Source of the DNA: an uncultured virus (IMG/VR IMGVR_UViG_3300020148_000031) | Lineage: Duplodnaviria > Heunggongvirae > Uroviricota > Caudoviricetes | IMG/VR virus record: IMGVR_UViG_3300020148_000031 | Length of the DNA stretch: 64,000 bases | Direction: 5' to 3' (one strand) | Part shown: one piece after another, positions 18,384 to 27,663 of the stretch | Position numbering within the stretch: position 1 is the first letter of the stretch | Layout of the letters: each line of letters starts with the position of its first letter | The notes under the pieces: model-generated | Database searches by the model: none | Told to the model about the DNA's origin: nothing | The model's input: only the letters and a program-made list of their open reading frames with translations | Position numbers and translations under genes: made by a program

Positions 18384-19406
18384 TTATTCTTCGTCAGCCA
18401 TTTCAACGAGAGTATCAACTGGGAGAGCCTTTCCACCACCAGTACCACCACCAATAAAGACCTGTGGAGAAGTAGTAATTTTTTGGTGCATCTTTAATCC
18501 TCGCTCTTTTGATAATTTTTCTTGCTCTCCAGATAAATCAAAACCAAGAACATTTTCGACTTGACCGGTTTTTGGATTAGTGATTTCTACACCGTTTTCA
18601 ACACCAAGTCCAATTGGGAAAAATGACCAAGCAATATCATCTGAAAGAACATAACTTTCATCCCAAAGTGCTATCTTTGGGAGAGGAGGTACCGCATAGA
18701 TAGTGACAATACCTTTTTCATAGTCCCATCCGTATATTTTCTTATCTGGGTCAATCAAAGGAACCCAAGTTGTTTCAACTCCAAAAACTTGATTATATTG
18801 TTTTAAGAAGCCTTCTTGGCCTTCAGCACTGAATGTTGTAGGAACATCGATTTCTACAATTTCGGGGACAACATAATCTTTCCATTTTTGAATACGAATA
18901 ACTGCTCCTGGATTCTGTTCATATTCTATAGAGGCGCCAAGCTTTGAACGTACAATTTCAAACATTTTAGACATTACTGATTGTCGCGTTTTAAGTACTG
19001 GATCAGCTGATTTTATAGCAAAAACAATACCACCAAAAAATAATGCATATCCAAGAGGGATTAAAAAGTTGGGGAATAAATTAAAGAAAACAGAACCTAC
19101 GGAAAGAACCAAACCTGATAAATAAAGAATAATAAAAAGTTGACTTCTTGTTACTCCGCTTGGATTCTCATTGTCTTTACCTGTTGAAAACATTCTTTTA
19201 TCTTTGAAAGTGAAGCTAATTCTTTCTTTCCATTGTGGCCACACTGGTCGTGGGATATTCTTAAGCGCTGCTTTGTTATTCCCTAAAGAAGCTGCTTTTC
19301 TATCAACAATGAGTTTCTTTTGAGCAAAGGCTATAAGACGAAAAATTATAGGTAATACAATGATGTAACCTATTGCAACAATTATTACGAGAGTGTTTCT
19401 TTCCAT
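18384..19406 (-). CDS. Fragment 1 of fractured membrane-anchored FtsK/SpoIIIE-like ATPase, ending in Walker A plus a 14-aa IntN
   Basis: Three TM segments, FPIGLG, then SPQVFIGGGTGGGK/ALPVDTLVEMADEE-stop. Confidence 0.85.
   Translation of the reverse strand: MERNTLVIIVAIGYIIVLPIIFRLIAFAQKKLIVDRKAASLGNNKAALKNIPRPVWPQWKERISFTFKDKRMFSTGKDNENPSGVTRSQLFIILYLSGLVLSVGSVFFNLFPNFLIPLGYALFFGGIVFAIKSADPVLKTRQSVMSKMFEIVRSKLGASIEYEQNPGAVIRIQKWKDYVVPEIVEIDVPTTFSAEGQEGFLKQYNQVFGVETTWVPLIDPDKKIYGWDYEKGIVTIYAVPPLPKIALWDESYVLSDDIAWSFFPIGLGVENGVEITNPKTGQVENVLGFDLSGEQEKLSKERGLKMHQKITTSPQVFIGGGTGGGKALPVDTLVEMADEE
18387..18428 (-). mobile_element. Very short split intein N-fragment (IntN-1, block A only)
   Basis: ALPVDTLV directly after the P-loop Lys; matches Ala1 block A of class 3 inteins and IntN-2 (ALSEETLI). 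Confidence 0.8.
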
Positions 19407-19409
19407 TAA

Positions 19410-20189
19410 TTAACGATCACTTTCTTGAACACTTATCTTATTGATAATAGAAGTAATATCATTTTTGTCAGAACTAAGAATCATTAGACCACTTGAATCA
19501 GACATAACGATACATAAAGCATATTTATTTTCTCCCCCGAAATTAGAGTTGAAAGAGCCTGAAATTGTTGAGTTAGGTATTTCTACTTGAGAGAAATTTG
19601 TCGAATTTTCGATAAATTTTGAATGAGCAAGATCAGCAAAATAATAATAATCAGACTTTTTGGTAGAGTTAAGGTAAGTAAAGTCTTGAGGGTCTGAAAT
19701 TTGAGAAGTTGAAGAACCTAATACAAAATTTTCGGGTGCTGTAAAAACAAAAGACTTTTCTGGAGTCGTAACTTGTATAGAGTTCTTAGATATAGAAATA
19801 TTTATCTGTTTTGAAATTACATCAGGAGCTTCTGTCCAAATTTTAAGAAGAGGATTTATCACATTAGTTTCAGTAATTGGATCTCCCTCGGAAGTGGGGT
19901 TATTTGATGGTAACTCTTCTACTTTTGTAAGTATAACATCATTGTTTGAATTATTCTCAAAAGTTTGTTTATCATAATTTAAGATTGATGAAAATATAAA
20001 GAAACTAAAAGCAATAATAGGTAAGGCAATAGAGAGAGTAAGTGCAATCTTTTTAATTCTTCTTTTTAAATTGTTTTTATTAATAAGAGTATTAGCAAGA
20101 GTGTCGTCTTTCTCAAAGAGATGATCATCTATTGAAATAGTATTTTCGTCCTCAATATAAAAGACAAAGTTGTCATCTGAAGTGCTCAT
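19410..20189 (-). CDS. Single-pass membrane protein
   Basis: Basic patch followed by a TM helix at about aa48-70. Confidence 0.65.
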   Translation of the reverse strand: MSTSDDNFVFYIEDENTISIDDHLFEKDDTLANTLINKNNLKRRIKKIALTLSIALPIIAFSFFIFSSILNYDKQTFENNSNNDVILTKVEELPSNNPTSEGDPITETNVINPLLKIWTEAPDVISKQINISISKNSIQVTTPEKSFVFTAPENFVLGSSTSQISDPQDFTYLNSTKKSDYYYFADLAHSKFIENSTNFSQVEIPNSTISGSFNSNFGGENKYALCIVMSDSSGLMILSSDKNDITSIINKISVQESDR

Positions 20190-20249
20190 TTTACCCTTTA
20201 CTTTTGTTTAATAATTTTAATAATTTTATTTAAATAATATCAGTTCATA

Positions 20250-20292
20250 AAGTAAAAGCGGAAGAGCATTTAAGCACTTCCGCCTTCACTTT
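20250..20292 (-). terminator. Probable intrinsic terminator after ssb
   Basis: gcggaag...cttccgc stem with flanking A/T runs. Confidence 0.6.
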
Positions 20293-20311
20293 TATATTTA
20301 AAGATGAATCT

Positions 20312-20830
20312 TTAGAATGGGGGCTCGTCAGAGCTGTCATCTAATGAGAAGTCGAGATCATCATCGTCTGAGCTAAAAATGTCATCTTTTGGAACAGGCT
20401 TACTTTCTGAGGCTGGTTTGCTTGCTGCCGCTGGACGAGCTGCAGGAGAGCTGTCAGACTTTACAACACGGTCAGAATGAGCTGGATGGTAACCAACCTC
20501 AAGACCAGCAAAATCAGCAATAATAATGTCACGAGGTGGAGCCTCAGTACCATCGTTACGAGTGAAGCCAGGTTTTACGCTCTTTCTACCGATGACGAAA
20601 ACTCTATCTCCTTGACGGAATGAATCCTCAATATTATCAGCGAGCCTACCCCAAGCTGTAACAAGAGCCCAATAAGTTTCAGCGTCAACCCATTCCCCGT
20701 CTTGCATTTTACGGGGAGTCACAGCAACATTAAAATCGATTACTGATTTCTTGTCAGATCCAACTACTCTTTTTTCATAAACTCTTGAAACATTTCCTAC
20801 GATTGTTTCTTGTGCTAATACACTTGCCAT
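20312..20830 (-). CDS. ssb: Single-stranded DNA-binding protein
   Basis: OB-fold motifs IVGN, FNVAVTPR, TAWGRLADN, GDRVFVIGR; acidic tail ending DEPPF. Confidence 0.92.
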   Translation of the reverse strand: MASVLAQETIVGNVSRVYEKRVVGSDKKSVIDFNVAVTPRKMQDGEWVDAETYWALVTAWGRLADNIEDSFRQGDRVFVIGRKSVKPGFTRNDGTEAPPRDIIIADFAGLEVGYHPAHSDRVVKSDSSPAARPAAASKPASESKPVPKDDIFSSDDDDLDFSLDDSSDEPPF

Positions 20831-20903
20831 ATTAATTGTCCTTCTTACTTGAATTGTTTTAACTTACTGGCTTTTATTAAGGAAAACCGGCAAACCTGTT
20901 GTT

Positions 20904-20912
20904 ATTTTACCA
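20904..20912 (-). promoter_or_regulatory. Extended -10-like element TGGTAAAAT upstream of ssb
   Basis: Identical 9-mer at 45156-45164 upstream of the sigma-70 gene. Confidence 0.5.
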
Positions 20913-20942
20913 AAAATTTTAAAAAACTCTATTTTTAGAAAA

Positions 20943-22490
20943 CTATGAATTTATTATATCTTCTATGCTTGCCCAACTATCAGGAATAGTAATATTACTA
21001 GGAATTATTGGTTCTATTGGTTCTGTCGGCTTTTCTTCATTGAGAATACTTGGTTCTATTGGATACTCAGTACAATATTCTTCAACAGTTGGAGAAGGAC
21101 TTGGGCTCGGGCTCGGACTTGGAGACACAGGTGTCATTGTATCATTAATAGGGGGTTGATGAGCGTCACAATATGCTACATCGTTTAAATACTTTTCTAA
21201 AGCAGACGCCTTTGTTTCGTCAAAAGTATACCAATATGAATAATCAGAAATATATTTATCCCATATAGGTTTAAAATCTTCTCTTGCCTGATTGAAAGAA
21301 TCCCACGCTGAATATACTTTATTTAGTTTTTCTACATACGAGTTCCACTGATAAATTTGAGGTAAAGAAATTAACATTGAGCCAGACCAATTATTTCTTT
21401 TTGTGATGTAATTTGTTGCGTCAGAATTAACACGGTTCTGTGCTTCTGACAAAAGAGTGTTTTTATTTTCTTCTAAAGTAGATTCGTCTGTTTCTGGAGC
21501 AATTTGATTAGACCATCTCCACCCGCATCCTGGACCTTCGTTATCTGGTACTTGAATTTTTACAATTTCGGAAAAATCATCTTTTTTCGGTACCTCCGTA
21601 GGAAGGACAGGTTTATTAATTTTTTCTGGAACTGTTGGAAAACCTTCAGGAAGTGGCGCTTCTGGCTGCTCTATTTTGTCATTTTCTTCTAGAAGTGATG
21701 GGTAAATAGGTGTATGAAGCCCTGTAAAGTCAACAGTTGTTGTTACTCTCTCCGCTATAAGAAAACCTGTATAATCATCAGGGTGATAATAGATATTCCT
21801 GTATTGATGATCATCTGATTCTAAAAGATTAACACATTGATATGTTCTCAAAGAGCTTTCAAAAAGTTCTGAATATTTTAAAAGATTCTCATCAGAGAGA
21901 AGGGTAGAGTCTGAAGTATTAATAAAGAGAACTGCGTCTCCAGAGGTCATGATAATATTGTTATTAAACCTTGTCAAGGATACTTCTTGCTGTTCTCCAT
22001 ATGATTTACTGACTGATGAGCACGCACTAAGTGTGTCGAGATATTTATCATATGACGCCTTAGCCTGACCAGCACCATATGTCTGAATAATGAGATTAGT
22101 GTTACTATTTTGAGCTGAAAGAGTAGCCATTACTGTGTATGGTGTTTCTAAACTCACTCGACATGAAGAAATATCTATTTTTCTTGAAGTAAGATCAGAA
22201 GAGACTATCCATTCAGAATCACTATTAAAAGGGTCGTTTTGTATGAAGTCTTTAGCCCATAAAACACCAAGGGGGTCTTCCGGCTCGTAGGGTAAATATT
22301 TACTTTCTTCATTTACTGTATAGTTCTCCATAGAGGAGTAAGCATCAATTCCGCCTTTGATGAAGCCAGAAACAATAATAATTGAAATAATAATTACTGG
22401 ATAATAAAACCAACCTCTATCTAAAATCCATGATAATTCTGGAAAAACATATTGAGGATGTCTTTCGTAATATTCTAGTTTTTTCTTCAT
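20943..22490 (-). CDS. Membrane-anchored extracellular protein with Pro-rich segments
   Basis: N-terminal TM, paired Cys, SPSPSPSPSP tract. Confidence 0.65.
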   Translation of the reverse strand: MKKKLEYYERHPQYVFPELSWILDRGWFYYPVIIISIIIVSGFIKGGIDAYSSMENYTVNEESKYLPYEPEDPLGVLWAKDFIQNDPFNSDSEWIVSSDLTSRKIDISSCRVSLETPYTVMATLSAQNSNTNLIIQTYGAGQAKASYDKYLDTLSACSSVSKSYGEQQEVSLTRFNNNIIMTSGDAVLFINTSDSTLLSDENLLKYSELFESSLRTYQCVNLLESDDHQYRNIYYHPDDYTGFLIAERVTTTVDFTGLHTPIYPSLLEENDKIEQPEAPLPEGFPTVPEKINKPVLPTEVPKKDDFSEIVKIQVPDNEGPGCGWRWSNQIAPETDESTLEENKNTLLSEAQNRVNSDATNYITKRNNWSGSMLISLPQIYQWNSYVEKLNKVYSAWDSFNQAREDFKPIWDKYISDYSYWYTFDETKASALEKYLNDVAYCDAHQPPINDTMTPVSPSPSPSPSPSPTVEEYCTEYPIEPSILNEEKPTEPIEPIIPSNITIPDSWASIEDIINS

Positions 22491-22522
22491 GAATTTTCTT
22501 TCTTTGGTTAATACTTTATATT

Positions 22523-23245
22523 TTAACTAACTGGATCAGGTGTAACTGTTGGTTCCGTTGGTTGATCATTCTGAGAATTAATATTATCAATTTGATTTTG
22601 TAAATCTTCTATCAGTAAAAGATAATCTTCTCTCTGTGCTTCTAATTCTTCTGAGAGTTTTATCATTGAATCTGAAAGATTAGAGCTTTCTAATTCTTGA
22701 TTCTTAATAGATTCTTGTAAAGAAAGTATTTCTTGAATAAGTTCGTTTTTTGTTTTATCTGAAGCTTCATTAATAATTGATTCTTTTTCTTCATCAGTTA
22801 AATTACTTTCAAAAGTACTTATTTGATACTCATTAATAACTGAATCTTTTTCAGTAAAAGATGAAACCCCGTAACTAACTCCAATAGTAATCAAAGAAAA
22901 TAAACTAAAAATAAAAGCAAACTTTGTAAAAGAAGTAACCTTTGACTGATTAGAGAGTTCCTCTTCAAATATTTCATCTTCAGGATCTTCAACTCTTTTA
23001 GAAAGAGGTTTAATTATTTTCTTAGTGTTATCTGCCGTTAAGAAAATAATAATTCTATATGCTTCAACGATGAGAGCTGTAGTTATAGAGAGAATTCCAG
23101 CAATAATAAATGTACTAAATAATGAGGTAAGGTAACTTGATAACAAAGACATACTAATAGCGGCGAGGGCAGTAGCTGTAATTCTTATTGGAGAAAGTGT
23201 TGAATCTTTCTTGATCTTTTTAAAGAGTATTTTTGCGTTTCCCAT
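22523..23245 (-). CDS. Membrane protein with C-terminal coiled coil
   Basis: Three hydrophobic helices and a heptad-rich tail. Confidence 0.65.
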   Translation of the reverse strand: MGNAKILFKKIKKDSTLSPIRITATALAAISMSLLSSYLTSLFSTFIIAGILSITTALIVEAYRIIIFLTADNTKKIIKPLSKRVEDPEDEIFEEELSNQSKVTSFTKFAFIFSLFSLITIGVSYGVSSFTEKDSVINEYQISTFESNLTDEEKESIINEASDKTKNELIQEILSLQESIKNQELESSNLSDSMIKLSEELEAQREDYLLLIEDLQNQIDNINSQNDQPTEPTVTPDPVS

Positions 23246-23256
23246 GATTTCTCACT

Positions 23257-23292
23257 ATAATGGAGGAGCTCGGTATTGAGCCCCTCCATTAT
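23257..23292 (-). terminator. Stem-loop after the 733-aa secreted protein gene
   Basis: ataatggaggagctc...gagcccctccattat. Confidence 0.55.
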
Positions 23293-23302
23293 TATACTTA
23301 AT

Positions 23303-25504
23303 TTATTCGGTAGTTGCTCTAACGAATGTAATGACAAGATTATGACTGTCAGTTTCTTGACCTGCAGGGTTAAGAATGTTAGAGTCAAATGTGTTTGTAG
23401 TTCCCGTTCCAGTGTAATTTTGGAAATAAGAACTTAAATCCTCTGGAGTGTTAGTTCCGAATTGTGCTACACATTTACCTTCGATGGTAGTCGCAATTGG
23501 AGTGTTAGTTCCAGAAGTTTGGCCACCTGATGCATTGAACCCAATACCATTTGCTGGGAATTGAGTAGTGATTGTTGGGGCATATTCCCACTTAATGTTA
23601 AGTATTTGTGGATATGCTTCTTCACTTGGCCAGTTTGCTTTCACTATAAATTCATTTTGAGTTCCTGCGACTTTACCCGAAAGAAGTGAATGGAAACTCG
23701 TTGAGTTCCAGTTCCTTTGTGTAAGTGCTGAAGTATCGGTTCCAAAAATTGGTGTTCCAGTCTTAGTAAGCATTGTAAATTGACCACCATCTGAACCATC
23801 AGCCTTTGGAGTTCCTTCAGACCATCGAGTAACAGTGGTTGAAAGGGCAGCAGCTCCATTGTAAGTGATACCGTTAGATCCAGTGATTGGATACCATGTG
23901 TCAACTTTTATAATTCTGTTCTCGTTATCTCTAAAGATTTCGTAGTAATTAGTATTAATACCATCACCCATTGTTGCCCCGTAAAGATCTTGAACATTAA
24001 GGGTATTTCCAATGTTACTAGTTCCTCCGTTAGCAGTTGTTGGAACTGCAGACGAACTTCCTGTTGATGAATTAGTACATACATATGAACATTCTTTATC
24101 ATAGAACCCAAGGCTTCCAGATGCGGCGCGAGCAGCATTTGAACTTGAAAGATCTCCGAACATTAATGCACCACCGTTATCATTACGCATAACCGTTGAA
24201 GCAGGAGTTGCCCCACTGTTGTTATATGTTCTTGTAATTGCATACGCAGTGAATTTACCGTTAGCTGAGTCTGGGTATGAAACAGAAGCGATTCGACCTC
24301 CGGAGAAACTTGAAATCAAATCAGAGAAACCAAGAGGGTTACAGTGAACAAGAATCATTTGATAGAAACCAGTTTGAAGTGGTGTTGAAACAACTTTTGA
24401 TGTAACACTCTTTGAGGTAGATGTAGTCGTCCATTCACTCCAAGCTCCGCATGAGGAGCTTGTGTTGTACCAACTTCCCCATGACCAAGTACTAGCGTTC
24501 CAATCTCTCTTTTGTTGAACATTGCAACTTCTCGTACGTTGTTGATTCTCAACAGTTCCTACATTAATTGTTGCTGTAGTAGTGTTTTCTGACACGTTGA
24601 GAACTCCACCTTCAGCAAGAGATGTTTTATTCTGAGTTGAAAGATCAAGTGTAGAATGGTTTGTAGTTGTTCCACTATTAATTGCATTAACTATTGCTGT
24701 TTCGTCAGCTGCAGTAATATTTTGATTAGTTGCATAAGAATTATACAATGTACCAAAAGGTGTTGTAATAGAATTTAATTGTGGAACAAAACTAGTTGTT
24801 CCAATAGGGTCAGAACCACTTACAAGTATTTGTGGACTTACTTGTGTAACGTAAGAAATTGGAGCAGTATAAGGAGTCCCAGTAGTAATTTGTCGTGTTT
24901 GTGTTTCTGTAATAGTATTAGTTCTTGTTTGCAAATAACCAGTGACACCTGCACTACAAATAACGTTATATGAATAAATTCCGTTTCTATTTTGAGTGTT
25001 ATATAATCTAGGTGTACTTCTACTAAGTGTAGAATCCCAAGTAGATATTGCTGAAATACTTTCAGATGGAGGATTTGAGTTTCCATATCTAAAAGGGTTA
25101 GTAAGAGGGGCCATCATATCGGGCTGTGTATTACTATATGTTCCGTATCTAGAATTAAGGTTCCAAACCCAACCGAAACCTCCTCTAGTCCATGTAGCTT
25201 CGTACCACCAAATATAATTTGATCTTTGACAGATAGCAAGATCTGCCCCAGTATTATTTAAAGCGGTAGTAGTGTAATTTCCCATTCCATTATAATGGAC
25301 AAAATTGCCATAACCTGAAGCTACAGCCCAACCCATAGGTGTACGCATACTTCCACTTACTATAGATCCACCACCACCACCAGCAGAGTGATCAGATGCA
25401 GTAGCTGATGAACTAAGGGTAAGTAAAGCTGTAATAAATGTTACAATTATTAATGAAGAGAAAAGTATTGTTTTTCTTTCTTTCAATATATTAATTTTTG
25501 ACAT
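23303..25504 (-). CDS. Large secreted Ser/Thr/Gly/Asn-rich surface protein (adhesin-like)
   Basis: Signal peptide ending ATA-S; WSWGSW...CGAWSEW motif; beta-rich composition. Confidence 0.65.
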   Translation of the reverse strand: MSKINILKERKTILFSSLIIVTFITALLTLSSSATASDHSAGGGGGSIVSGSMRTPMGWAVASGYGNFVHYNGMGNYTTTALNNTGADLAICQRSNYIWWYEATWTRGGFGWVWNLNSRYGTYSNTQPDMMAPLTNPFRYGNSNPPSESISAISTWDSTLSRSTPRLYNTQNRNGIYSYNVICSAGVTGYLQTRTNTITETQTRQITTGTPYTAPISYVTQVSPQILVSGSDPIGTTSFVPQLNSITTPFGTLYNSYATNQNITAADETAIVNAINSGTTTNHSTLDLSTQNKTSLAEGGVLNVSENTTTATINVGTVENQQRTRSCNVQQKRDWNASTWSWGSWYNTSSSCGAWSEWTTTSTSKSVTSKVVSTPLQTGFYQMILVHCNPLGFSDLISSFSGGRIASVSYPDSANGKFTAYAITRTYNNSGATPASTVMRNDNGGALMFGDLSSSNAARAASGSLGFYDKECSYVCTNSSTGSSSAVPTTANGGTSNIGNTLNVQDLYGATMGDGINTNYYEIFRDNENRIIKVDTWYPITGSNGITYNGAAALSTTVTRWSEGTPKADGSDGGQFTMLTKTGTPIFGTDTSALTQRNWNSTSFHSLLSGKVAGTQNEFIVKANWPSEEAYPQILNIKWEYAPTITTQFPANGIGFNASGGQTSGTNTPIATTIEGKCVAQFGTNTPEDLSSYFQNYTGTGTTNTFDSNILNPAGQETDSHNLVITFVRATTE

Positions 25505-25505
25505 A

Positions 25506-26462
25506 TTAACTAACCTCCAGTGAAGCGTCAGAGATTAATACTCTTGGGGAATCAGAAAGATCAGGGTTCGAGACTAAGTGAAGAGTTAATATTCCATTCT
25601 TTATTTCTTTACCTTGATCAGTATTCCATGCAGTAAATGTAATGTGAGATACCAAGTCAACTTCGTATTGACTAATTGACTCGTTATATATAAAAGAAAC
25701 TTCAGAATTATTAATAGTTCCAAACCATCTTCCGTCAGATTGAAGAAGAACATCACTCATTCCATAATCATTTGAGTTCCAGTCGGCATATACTGGGACC
25801 CATTCAGAATATGGTTGCGAAGAATGAGATTCTAAATATTCATTTGTAAACATATCTGAAATAAGTGATACCTGGAAATATTCTCCTGCATTAGTGGATG
25901 GGTATTGGAACATATACCAGCCTCCATAAATTGGATTCAATAATCTTTCTAAATAATTTCCAACTTCTTTATTAAAGATCTCTGAAGTCCAATAACTAAA
26001 AAGAGGGTTATAGGCTCCATTAATTGTTTGTTTATTCAAATCAGAAGTATATCCTGCATTTTCACTGGGAAGAATTGAAGTAGAAATAGACCCTATGTTA
26101 CTTGAGTTATCATTCATAGAGTTAATAAAATATTCGTCGGCTTCTGAAGAATTAGACGAATTATGCTCCTCCGTCTGCCAGTCTTTTAAAACTATGGGGT
26201 AGGGGTTTTCTTCTAACCATTGTTGGTCTTCTAAGAAGTTTAAGTCCTCTTCAGTTAATGTGTGAGGCGCCACACTTATTTCTGGATCTTCTGTTACAAT
26301 TACATTATTTTCATCACCAGAGAAAGGTTTAAAGACAACGACCGATACAGCTAAAGCAATTAACAATAATATTGCAATAACATAATAAAATATAGGTAAT
26401 ATCTTCTTCTTCTGCAACGATTTAATGATTTCGTCTTCAGTAAGCTGGCGTTTTTGTTTCAT
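25506..26462 (-). CDS. Single-pass membrane protein
   Basis: TM at aa22-44 and an acidic extracellular domain. Confidence 0.65.
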   Translation of the reverse strand: MKQKRQLTEDEIIKSLQKKKILPIFYYVIAILLLIALAVSVVVFKPFSGDENNVIVTEDPEISVAPHTLTEEDLNFLEDQQWLEENPYPIVLKDWQTEEHNSSNSSEADEYFINSMNDNSSNIGSISTSILPSENAGYTSDLNKQTINGAYNPLFSYWTSEIFNKEVGNYLERLLNPIYGGWYMFQYPSTNAGEYFQVSLISDMFTNEYLESHSSQPYSEWVPVYADWNSNDYGMSDVLLQSDGRWFGTINNSEVSFIYNESISQYEVDLVSHITFTAWNTDQGKEIKNGILTLHLVSNPDLSDSPRVLISDASLEVS

Positions 26463-26566
26463 TATAAAACCTCTTGGTATCTTGCTATATTAATATCAAT
26501 TAATTATACCTAATTAACGTAGAGTTATATTATTTTATTTCTTATAATGCATTTGAAAGAGAATTA

Positions 26567-27619
26567 TTAATTATTCCAGTCTTTCATAAGCTTTTCAATT
26601 TCATCGTCATCTTCCTCATCATCGAGATAAGTAAGTTTTGGTGCGCCATCAGAATCGCCCATAAAACTTATAAATGATTCATCATCGTCATCTATAGAGA
26701 AAGCAGAATTAGTAATTGGTTTAATGTCATCAACATTAATAGAGTCTTTATTGCTTTCTATTTCTGGAAGACTAAGATCATCTTCATCATCTGGTAAAGA
26801 GAATGATTCTGACACTTTAGAATCATTGACATTTTTATATAATTCTTTATCTTTTGAATTATCTTCAATCATTGAGGCAATTTGAGACTTTAAAATAGAA
26901 ATTTCATTATCTCTTTCTTCAATTTCTCTTTGAGCTATAGAAAGATTATCTTGTAATGCGTCAAATTTTTCTCTTTCAGCGTTACTAAGTGGTTTATTTC
27001 CAGAATTATTAATTTCGTCTTCTAATCTTTTTATGTAAAGCCTTGCTGTCATTAGTTCACTTTCAAGAGCGTCAGTTGACTGAGTCGGCATAACGTTGAT
27101 TCCATTAGCAATCTCTCTCTCGAATTTAATATTGTTCAGATCCACTTGTAATCTATCGATAACTGTAGCTAGTCTCGCAACATGTTCGTTTCTTTGTCTT
27201 AATAATTTAACATACCTTTTAACAGACACTTTTGTTCTTTCAAGGAAGGCTTGCACTTCACCCATATCATATCCATATGGAGCTTGTGTGGAAAAGTCTA
27301 TATCAACTAAATCTTCAGGGAGAAAAATATCCGAATCTAATTCAAATGTAGGAGGTATTCGTAAGGTAACAAGAATATCCTCTGCTGGGTTATCATTAAC
27401 TTCTGGAATATGTATATCTTGAGACTCTTTTTTGTTCTTTTTTTGAGTTTCTTCATGTTCTACCATGAATCTCGTCTCTGATTCATCTATTGAAAACGCG
27501 CTAGAAAGTTGATCTTGATAATCAGTTGAATCTGAATCAAATGTACCTAAAGTTTCTTCTCCAAATGACTTTGGAACCGAATCTTTAATTTTCTCTTTCG
27601 CTTTATCAAATAAACCCAT
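26567..27619 (-). CDS. DivIVA-domain coiled-coil protein
   Basis: LPEDLVDIDFSTQAPYGYDMGEVQAFLE matches the DivIVA motif (F...GY...EV..FL), followed by a coiled coil. Confidence 0.65.
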   Translation of the reverse strand: MGLFDKAKEKIKDSVPKSFGEETLGTFDSDSTDYQDQLSSAFSIDESETRFMVEHEETQKKNKKESQDIHIPEVNDNPAEDILVTLRIPPTFELDSDIFLPEDLVDIDFSTQAPYGYDMGEVQAFLERTKVSVKRYVKLLRQRNEHVARLATVIDRLQVDLNNIKFEREIANGINVMPTQSTDALESELMTARLYIKRLEDEINNSGNKPLSNAEREKFDALQDNLSIAQREIEERDNEISILKSQIASMIEDNSKDKELYKNVNDSKVSESFSLPDDEDDLSLPEIESNKDSINVDDIKPITNSAFSIDDDDESFISFMGDSDGAPKLTYLDDEEDDDEIEKLMKDWNN

Positions 27620-27663
27620 GAGTAAGACCTTACTTTCTAATCATGTAAATAATATTAAGAATA

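Noticed and set aside
18300..18428. Stop read-through, frameshift or alternative genetic code explaining the short IntN
   Set aside because: The sequence after the TAA reads RVITFIFRNIKVSF with no Hint similarity; other genes end normally under code 11; IntM and IntC each have in-frame stops just upstream of their own ATGs.
21093..21125. Short tandem repeat (ggacttgggctc-like)
   Set aside because: Simply encodes the SPSPSP linker of the surface protein.
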